DNA from: Paraspadella gotoi
Lineage: Eukaryota; Animalia; Chaetognatha
Assembly: GCA_051294375.1 (NCBI GenBank)
Contig: CM119267.1
Location: forward strand, 17,399,843-17,463,842
Direction: 5' to 3'
Length of the DNA: 64,000 nt
Positions 44,611 through 54,105 of the stretch are shown here, piece after piece. A program made the translations under genes and the position numbers. How positions within the stretch are numbered: position 1 is the stretch's first letter; the number at the start of each line of letters is the position of its first letter. The notes beneath the pieces are model-generated. The model did not search any database and had not been told where the DNA came from. It saw only the letters and a program-made list of their open reading frames with translations.

Positions 44611-45105
44611 ATCAATCTCTTTATTCGAAAAAAAAATCTTTAATTAATAATTTTAAATTCATAATATTTGTGGACGAAATTATTTCACATATATCAGGAA
44701 ATAAACGATATAAAAGCACCAAAAAATTTTAGAAAAGCAATCTAGATTCTTTTCAGGAGTAGCCCACGTAAATCTTTTCATTTATAAAAAAACTTAACTG
44801 CCATTGCGTATCGGCCAAAATTTCTACTTAAAGCTTGTTCAACTTATCAAGCTATTGAATATTTTTGGAAAAAAAAAAACCGCACCTGGAGGCCTCGGGT
44901 AAAGAAAATATACAAACTAGTATTTTCTGAAAATGAGCAACAAAATATTCTTTCTCTCTGTTATTGTCTGTCTCTCTCTCGCTTCTAAGTAGGCAAATTA
45001 AAAATAGATTGAATTGAGTTAATTATATTTTCTATCCAGTTAGATACTATTCTATTATAGTCCGATTCACGTGTACGCTCGAATCACAAAATGACATAAG
45101 GTTTG

Positions 45106-45159
<54 letters not shown>

Positions 45160-45162
45160 TAA

Positions 45163-45903
45163 CTACATCGATATATTGTTATTTTGTTGACACATAAAAT
45201 GCGTATCGAATTCTCTTTTGCAAGATTCCACGATTGATTGCTGCTGTTGCTGCTGATGCTGCAGTAACATTTGCTGAGGTTGTTGCAAAGGATTTTGAGC
45301 TGGACGATGCTGATGTACGGGTGAGTTGGTCGGGGACGGAGTTGACGACTGCAACGACAAGATTTATAAAACGCAGAAATTAGCTGTTTATTTATGAAAG
45401 TTCTTTAAACAAATATCTGAGTCTTTTGTAAACGACAAAATTATAATTTGAACTTTTTTGTTCCATTGTAGTCGATTTAAATTTTTAAACTTTTTGTCCT
45501 GCAGCAACAATAACATAAATAAACACAGTAACATAAAAAACAAGACAAATAAAATGTTTCTTACTACAATTTCCGTTCCCTCTTGGCCGATCTCGTTCGA
45601 CGGCGGGTTGATGCGCTTTTGTTTTTGCCGGCGATTGCAGAACCAAACGCGAACCACCTGACGGAGAGAAAATGAATTATTTCTGGAAATAGGTCGTTCT
45701 TAATTATTATTAATCATTTTGATTTATGAACTAGAATGGAGAAACTTGATTTCGCGCTTTCAATCTTTGGTTAGGTTCCGTGCGAGTTGCTTTTATAAGA
45801 GACAGATATAGCCTATATTATAGGAAAAATAAGGAATTCAAGAAAACTGCTTAACTTTAAACTATTCATTCATTTATTTATTTAATTATTAATTTATTTA
45901 TTT

Positions 45904-45982
<79 letters not shown>

Positions 45983-48900
45983 TATATTTATTTATTTATA
46001 TATTCATTTATTCATTTATTCATTCATTCATTAATTCATTCATTCATTCATTCATTCATTCATTCATTCATTCATTCATTCATTCTATTCACTACATCCA
46101 TCTCAATTAGCGACTTTTCTTTGTCCTTAAAACGTTTTGTCCAACTCGCAACTTTCTCTATTCCCCTGATGCTCTCCTTGAATTAAATTTAATTTCAACT
46201 GGTCCATTTAAACTACACTATCCCTGTTATTTATTCATGACCATCATTTGTGCAGCATATCTATTTACTATTTATTTATTTTATCTATTTACTTACCTCT
46301 TTCTCCATTCCTAACGAATCGGAAATTATGGAGATTTCGTCTGACGTCGGTTTCGGGTTTGACAAAAATGCCTAAAATGAATAACAAACGAAAAGAATAT
46401 GAATATGATAAGGTACGATATAGGATATATGAATATGATATTCAAATCAAATATGTGAAAAGCCCTAAGAGTAGAAAATTTTCGCTGTATGCTTTCAAGT
46501 ATCGATCGCAGGGACGAGGGAATTTCACATAATTTATGTTAAGTATTTGAAAGTAATAATTCATTTAGACAACACGATAATAAACTTGATTTTAGTACCG
46601 TTGTAGTGATTGTCATGTTAGGGAAACATTTTTTTCAACAAAATATATATTATATTTTTCTTAAACTTAGACTTCAATTCCATTAAACTTACGCAAACAA
46701 CTCGACGAGCTTTTGACATCGTTCAATTTACTTAATAGACATCCTGAAAATTATTAAACATTTGTTCGTCGAACATAATTTTGAACCAAACTACATCTCT
46801 CGACTAATGAAATTGAACGAATTTCGGCGAACGAAGATTTTTTTTTTTAAACAAAAAAGTAAGTTGGTCGCATGAAAGCGAAACGGCTCCAAACTTACTT
46901 TTTCCAGCGAAACTCGAACCGAAGTTTCGATGGACGTCCGTTTCTTTCTTCTGCGGCCCAAGTGGTCGACTCCTGAGGAAGTTAATAAGGATTATTATTG
47001 TTTAATGATAATAACGATAGTAATTTTGTCATTAATAATTTTTTTTTAAATGTTATATCTATGGTGGACTAAAATCCACCAACCGTTCATCAGCGGCCAT
47101 TGGTGCCAGAGGCAAGTCATTCGCCTCCCACCCCAAAGGTCTGGGGTTCTAGCCCGGTGGCCGCCTCGCCGTTAAGAGGGACGGGGCGCTTAACCCGCCT
47201 GATCCAAAGCTCAGGGACTGCTTATATTGAACAGTTCTGTCATTTACACATAACAATTATCACTGTCTCTTCATTGGTGAGCCCGACTTCCGAACACAAC
47301 AGCAACAACAACACTTTCAGGCGACATGCCTCAACCTGGCGATGCACTTTCTGCCAACAACACATCAGGCGACATGCCTCAACTTGGTGACGCACTTTCC
47401 ACACCAACAACAATTCACTGAAGAGACGCAACAGACTTCTCCCTATGGGAGGGGGGGATTTATGGTGGACTAAAATCCACCAACCGTTCTTCAGCGGCCA
47501 TTGGTGCCAGAGGCAAGTCATTCGCCTCCCACCCCAAAGGTCTGGGCTTCTAGCCCAGTGGCCGCCTCGCCGTTAAGAGGGACGGGGCGCTTAACCCGCC
47601 TGTAACATGGTGTTACAGCCTGATCCGAAGCTCAGGGACTGCTTATATTGAACGGTTCTGTCACTAACACATAACAATAATTACTGTCTCTTCATATCTT
47701 CACTTTCCGTTTTCATTGAAATTCCTAACTCTCTCCAGTTCCTCATCCTTTCCTCGGTCCTCACCCAAAATATCGACGAATCCTCCGTGCTGTCCTCCGG
47801 TGCAACCGGCGCCGCCGACCCCACCGCCGACGCCGCCCCACCCCGCCGCGGCCCAAACCGCCTCCGGGTCCGAAACCGACGCCGGATTTAAAGGAGGCGG
47901 AGGGGCGGAGTTGGAGTCGGCGTCGTCGAGCCACTTGTGGAGGATCGGCTTCAACTTGCACATGTTCTTGAAGGACAAGTTGAGCGCCTCGAATCTGGGG
48001 ATGAAGACTGGGGGAAAACAAAACTTAAAAGTCGTAAATCTTATCAGGCATTATTATATTTTTTAATTTATTAATTATTTTACATACAGTAGTTTTCATT
48101 TCTATTATTTTATTTTATTTATTTAATTATTCATTAATATATTTATTTATTCAATGAGTTATCAATTGATTCGCAGCTTCAAGCCACGCCGTAACATCTC
48201 AGCGCCTCCAACGCTCGACCCCACCTTGAGATAGTCGTCTGAGAGAAGTCGTTTCCGTAAAGCTTCCCCAAGGCCAACCCGACGTCTCCCTTGGGTGAAG
48301 CCAAGTTTGATCCGCTTCTGCTTGAAGATTTTGGCGAACTGTTCCAACTCCTCCAGATCCGGGGTTTCCTCCTGGAACCATTTAACGTTGGTTGACATTA
48401 GAGATCGTTAATTTTTAAAAGAATAAAGTTTTCCAGCGGAAAATGACGATATGATTTTGGGCCGACTGTTGCCGATGTGCATGTCTTTACCTGACAGAAG
48501 CAGCGGATGCTGATGGCCGGAGGATGAGCGTTGTTGAGCGCAAGATTGATGGGGCAATTGAGTTGCTGGAAAACCAAAATTGAACATCACCAAAAAAAAA
48601 AATTTTTATCGAAAGTTTTTTTTTGTTGTGCAAAAGCAATGATCAAAACGCTATCCACTTACCCTGATTACCTATTTTTGTGAATAACCGGTGACCCCTT
48701 GGTCGGAACTCGTCTTTGCGGGTTTCCCACTTTTCCTTCGCGCCGGCGCCGCTCCTACATTCACTACCGCCAGCGTCGCCGACGCCGCTCCCGACGCCGC
48801 TCCTGACGCGCGCCATTTTTCGAGAGAAAAAAGTTTTGAATCTCCGACGACATTGAGTTTTGATGTTGCTGGAGTTGATGTTGTAGTTGCGCGAAGAGGT

Positions 48901-49784
48901 TGAACGATGTAAACTGAATGGAATGTGAGAATATTTAATCATTGGCGTTTCAGGGTGTGTGCCTTCTACTAAATTCAGTGGTTAACTTACCACGTTATTG
49001 TTGACGGGATATTGCATTTTAATGTCCTTCGTTAGGTGAGTTCCCCAAGAACCTAAAGAGACCAAAAGGTTTTCAAAATAAATGCTAATATTTAATAGAT
49101 CGATAACAATATATTGATAAATAATACGCTTTAAGTTCAAACTGCACCTGGCGATTCCCGAGTCTCCGATTTACAGATGCCGATTTCAGGAGATGCCGCT
49201 GAAATTCCCGAATTTTCTTTAAGCTAGGAGAGAATCGCAAGTATTAATATTGTTCTATTATAAATCGGATTAATTGTTTTAATAGGAATTATTACTAAAT
49301 ATAACCGAATTAAAACCTGATTTCGTTGCGCATCCCTGACATCTTTCTCTTCTGTTTTTGCGGATTTCAATTCCGGTGTGGAATCAGTTTTGCCATTTGG
49401 CGATTCTTGATTCCATCCTAAAAAAATGGGGGACGGAATAATTTTTTCACTGAATACTATTCTTTCACATGTGACTTAGAAATAAAATAAGAGAGAGACA
49501 TGGGAGACATGGGAGACATGGGAGAGTCTTGGTTGAAAGCTTGCAGGATACTGCGATTTTATTATCTTGATAATGGTTGTATGTACTAATTTCATAATCA
49601 GACAATACTTTATAAACTAGTAGTATTAGTACAGTAGAAAACAGATAAAAAGGCATCGTGGCATCATTTGTTCCGCCTGAGAAGTAGCGAAAATTCGGCA
49701 GAACGTTTTAAGAAATCGTTGAAAGAAGGAAAAAGGGGACGACAAAAAAGTATCGCTCTGCCAAAAGAAAAAAATAAAACAGTT

Positions 49785-49882
<98 letters not shown>

Positions 49883-51558
49883 AGAGAGAGCAGATATTAG
49901 CTGCTTCATTTGAATATCAAATCTGCCGAACTTTTAAAAATTCTCGGAACGCCATCTTCCCTCGGCTTTCGCTACTTCCTCCCCGGCCTCCCTCTTTCTC
50001 CCCCTCCTCCTTCTCCCTCTTTTACTCCTACTTCCCCCCTTCCTCTCCCTCTCTATCAACCTTTAAAAAAAGAATTTAAATTTTATTCTAAAGAGCGGAG
50101 AAAGGCGCAGGAGCGGCGAGGCTAAAAGAATAGACTCGTGACGTCGTCGATGCCTGTGAACGTTGTATCTCTTAACAGAATAAGGCTAACTGTATAGGGT
50201 TAGGGTTAGAGATTAGGGTTAGGGTTAGAGATGAGGTTACCAGAACAGAAACGAGGCGTTTTCGTTAAATAGTGCCCATATTTAACTGTCCTCACCAACT
50301 CACTAACTTTTCTTTCCCTCAAATCTATGTTGGAAGCTTTGAACTAAAAACCAATTTGTATTTCAAAACACTAAACACCGATGAAGAGCAGAACTACTGC
50401 TCGAAACATATCTGTTTTACTACAAATAAAAAATTCGTTGTGACAATAAAATATTTTCTCTACTAATATTGCAATTAAATGATATAGTTTTTTTCAGATT
50501 GAATGTTTTGAATGTTTTCAATACAATAGGCAATTGTTCGAAACATCAATAAAATGGCTACAATATTAACTTCTTTTCTCTTAATATATATCGGAAAAAA
50601 TTTATCATCCATTAAAATCGAACTTACTTCGCGCCTGACTGAAGAAGGGATGAACGAGCGGGTAAGGCGCCGGATACCAGATGTAGCCGTCCTTGCAGAT
50701 GCAAGGCGGCATCGGCGGAAGCGGCGGAAGCGGCGGAAGCGGCGGCATCGGCGACGCGGATGTCAGACCCGAGTGGGTCAGGTTGGGGAAAGATTTTGGG
50801 TGAGTGGCTGCTGGCGAGGAGGAGGAGGAGGAAGAGGGAGGAAATGGGTAAGGTTCGAGAGAGTAAGGGTAAGGGAAGGAAGAGGAGGAGGAGGATAAGT
50901 ACGAAGAGGATAAACGAGCGTTCGAGGTTGAAGGGGAGTTGAAGGAGGAAGAGGAGCCGGAGGAGCTGCTAGAGGTAGTGGAGCAAGAGAAGTGGGTCGA
51001 AGTTGAAAGACTTTGGCTACGAGCGACGTCGTCGTCGTCGTCTTCGTTGGATTTAGAGGAGGAGGAATCGCGGACGAAGATCTTCGGCGCCGGAGAATCC
51101 GAGTCTCTCGTCGTCGTCGACGCCTGCGACGAAGACTTGGACGTCGTCGGCGTCGTTGGCGCCACCGCGACGCCGAAAGCCGACATCAACGGCCATGGCG
51201 CCATCATCGACGCGGGAAAGAATCGAGGCGGCGTCGTTGAAGATGACGCGGGACCCAGAGGGAAACCCCAAGCGGAAGGGGCGCTCATGACGTCGACGCC
51301 GGCGAAAGACGTCGCCGCGCCGCCACCCACGCCGGATTCCAACGACGCCGGGGCGGATTCCGGCGACGGCGTCGACGGCGACGACGGAACCGAGAGAATT
51401 TCCGGCGGCACCGCTCTGAGCGGACGAGCCGTTCCCGAAGCGTCGATGTCTTCGTCGTCGTTGGCGTCGACGTCGTCGTCGTCTTCGTCGTCGCCGTCGT
51501 CGTCATGGGATCTTGGGCCGACGACCAACGCCAAAGGTTCCGTTTGTGTCGACGCCAT
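45163..51558 (-). CDS. POU2F1: Class 2 POU-domain homeobox transcription factor (Oct1/POU2F/nubbin-pdm-like), about 12 exons, with apparent frameshift(s)
   Basis: The POU-specific box lies in exons 48371-48225 and 47994-47765 ([28 protein letters not shown][+1 nt][21 protein letters not shown]|[26 protein letters not shown]). The homeodomain lies in exons 46972-46899 ([19 protein letters not shown]), 46371-46297 ([25 protein letters not shown]) and 45657-45565 ([20 protein letters not shown]); the last exon is 45348-45163. The 5' exons 51558-50628, 49417-49317, 49223-49148 and 49052-48991 join in phase. Candidate exons 48913-48663 and 48565-48491 do not resolve cleanly. [23 protein letters not shown] and KRINP are class-2 signatures; the symbol denotes the class, not one-to-one orthology. 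Confidence 0.92.
45890..46085. repeat. Compound (TTTA)n/(TTCA)n microsatellite in a POU homeobox intron
   Basis: Directly visible. Confidence 0.93.
47093..47165 (+). ncRNA. tRNA-like (Gly-CCC-like) sequence embedded in the 5' LTR; not a canonical tRNA gene
   Basis: 7-bp acceptor stem GCGGCCA/TGGCCGC about 72 nt apart, A-box-like TGGTGCCAGAGG, B-box-like GGTTCTAGCCC, and anticodon-region TTCGCCTCCCAC resembling tRNA-Gly(CCC). The anticodon stem pairs poorly. Confidence 0.65.
47494..47566 (+). ncRNA. Second tRNA-like sequence, in the 3' LTR
   Basis: Same structure as 47093-47165. The T-arm here reads CTGGG-CTTCTAG-CCCAG. Confidence 0.62.
50195..50238. repeat. Short interstitial TTAGGG-like repeat
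   Basis: tagggttagggttagagattagggttagggttagagatgaggtt in POU intron 1. Confidence 0.75.
50373..50417 (+). ncRNA. Degenerate type I hammerhead ribozyme motif in POU intron 1 (antisense to the gene)
   Basis: AAACA-CCGATGA-A-GAGCAG-aacta-CTGCTC-GAAA-CATA-TC-TGTTT: perfect stem I (AAACA/TGTTT) and 6-bp stem II. The core has CCGATGA instead of CTGATGA and there is a C-A mismatch in stem III. AATAAA follows. Confidence 0.65.
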
Positions 51559-51889
51559 TTTATTTGTTTTTTTTTTGGCAAATTATGATCATATAAATAG
51601 ACTTAAATATATAGATTTAAATTTAACGAATTTGTATTGTTTATGTCAGCGTCGATTTAAATGCGTTTTTTTTTCTAACAAACAGATATGAAGTTTTAGT
51701 TTACTAATGTTTATTCATCAGTGTTTTTTTTTCTTTCACTGCGTGTTTAGCGTTTCCGCCGATCGACGCGTCGTCATCTGAATTTCGGATTCAGGAAATG
51801 AAACTCGTCAAAAGAAATCGACGTCAATGAACAAAAAAAATAATAGGCGAGGCTGAGGAGACGAAAGGAAGAGGCGAAAAGTTTTAACC

Positions 51890-51927
<38 letters not shown>

Positions 51928-52008
51928 AGGTCGTTCGTTCGTTCGTTACCGGAAGTGAAAGAACGGCGCCTCGGACGCGCCCGTTACGGACGGGAAAAGT
52001 CGAGAGAC

Positions 52009-52099
<91 letters not shown>

Positions 52100-52834
52100 C
52101 GCTCAAAGCGCGGAACGCGAGAAACGCGAATTTATAAGAGGCGATTGGGAGGAAGAGGAAAGAGGAGGAAGAGGAGGAAGAGGAGGAGAAGGAGGAGGAA
52201 GTGGAGGATGAGGAGTGGGAGGAGGACAACGACCAAGACGACGACGAGGAAGAGGAGAGAGAAGGAAGAAGAACAATGGAAGAAAAAAAATGGAATGTAG
52301 TTCAGAAAGGGAGAATGGGACGGAAGAAGGAAGTTATGAAATTCGAAAGAGAATGGGAAGTTGAAAAGAGAGAAGATAAGAAGAAAAAAAGTAGAAAGAG
52401 GAAAGGAATAGAAAAGAAAAGAGAGAAAATTAAAAAGAAAAAAGGTGAGAATAAAAGAAAAGCGAGATAGAAAATACCAAATGTATATTGTAAAAAGGAA
52501 ATAAAAGTAAGAAAAAGAGGAGAGAAAAGACGAGGAGACGAGACAAAAGGAAGGAAGGACTGAGAGGACGAAGATAAGTAGATAACAACGACGACAAAGA
52601 CCGCGACGACGACAAAGACGACGACCACGGCGACGACTACGGGATGAATGCATAATGAGAGAGAAAAGAAGTTGGGACGAATTGCGTTTTATTCTTTTTT
52701 TCGTAATTTTTCTTTCCCGCCCCCCTTCTCTCTCTCTCTCTCTCTCTCTGGTTTTAATTACAAGCTCATTTTATTGCTCCTCTGAATTCCTTTATTCACT
52801 TTTTCCCCGCACTCTCTTCATCACTTCCCTCTCT

Positions 52835-52888
<54 letters not shown>

Positions 52889-53192
52889 TCTCTCTCTCTC
52901 TCTTCTCTATATCTCTCTCTCTCTCTCTCTTTCTTTTCTCCCTCTCTTCTCTCTTCTCATCTCTCTACTCTCTCATCTCTCATCTCTCTCTCTCTTCTCT
53001 TCCTCTCTCTCTCATCTCTTTCGTATTACTTTCTCTTTTCCTTTTTTCCTGAAAATTCAACTTTTTAGTGATTACTTTATTCCTTTTTTTTTCTGTCTCG
53101 ACGGATCATAAATTAAGCAACTAATTTCTCTGCAATAAGAGTTTTCTCTCTCTCTACTCTCTCTCTCTCTCTCTCTCCTCTCTCTGCTTCTC

Positions 53193-53246
<54 letters not shown>

Positions 53247-53727
53247 CCCCTTTATATAGCGAGTTTCATTATATCCTCGTTTCCAATTTCTTCTCCGTCG
53301 CGGGATACTCGACCTCTCTTTCCTCCTTTCCTTTTCTTTTCTCTCCTACCCATCCTTACATGGTACTCCTTCCTCCTCCTTTCTTTTTTCCTCTTCTTTC
53401 TTTTCTCTTCCGACCGAGTTAGCGCAGTCGCGACAAAAACAAAAGAAATGTGTAAAACTGATGCAAAAGGCGAAAGGAGGGTGGTGGGCGCGTGGTGAAA
53501 AGGGGTAGGGGTGGGGGGCAGAATAGAATTAAGAGAGAGGGATAGAGAGAGAGATTCGGGAGGGAGAAAATGCTACGGTGAAGGAAGATGAAAACGGGGA
53601 CCGTTTAAAATTGTTAAGTTTTAAAATTGTTAAGTCACTTATGGTCTATTGTAGTTGTACTGTCAGACATTCTTGCTTCTGATCCTGTACTTAATATTTT
53701 TTTTCTCTTTTTTTGCTTTCCTTCCTT

Positions 53728-53784
<57 letters not shown>

Positions 53785-53914
53785 CTGCTTATTCGCAATA
53801 TATTCTTTTGATTCCACCAAAATACTTTTCTCCGCCCTTTTTTTTCCAATTCTTTCACTGAATTCGGCGACCGGAAAAAATTTCATTCAAAAACCCATAA
53901 TTCAAGAAGAAGGA

Positions 53915-53995
53915 AAGAAAAAATAGGAAAACAAAAAAGAAAGAAAGAAAGAAAGCAAGAGAGAAAGCAGAAAGGAAGAAAGAAAGAGAGAAATC

Positions 53996-54075
<80 letters not shown>

Positions 54076-54105
54076 AAAAAAGAAAGAAAGAAAGAAAGAA
54101 AGAAA
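53915..54105. repeat. (GAAA)n microsatellite
   Basis: Directly visible. Confidence 0.93.

Larger units (their letters stand above)
47060..47694 (+). mobile_element. Non-autonomous miniature LTR retrotransposon (TRIM) with tRNA-derived LTRs, inside a POU intron
   Basis: Direct repeats at 47060-47273 and 47461-47694 (TATGG...TTCA). PBS-like TGGTGAGCCCGAC begins at 47275, one nt after the 5' LTR. Polypurine tract GGGAGGGGGGGA lies at 47447-47458 just before the 3' LTR. TSD TATC at 47056-47059 and 47695-47698. No coding capacity. Confidence 0.88.

Noticed and set aside
47093-47165. Functional tRNA-Gly gene
   Set aside because: The D and anticodon stems pair poorly, there is no oligo-T terminator downstream, and it sits within LTR repeats. 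It is treated as TE-borne tRNA-derived sequence.
50195-50238. Telomere or chromosome-fusion site
   Set aside because: There are only about four imperfect TTAGGG units, inside an intron, with no head-to-head arrangement.
50939-51691. 250-aa plus-strand ORF
   Set aside because: It is the antisense shadow of POU exon 1, which has a good start context (aaaATGG) and an in-phase GTAAGT donor.
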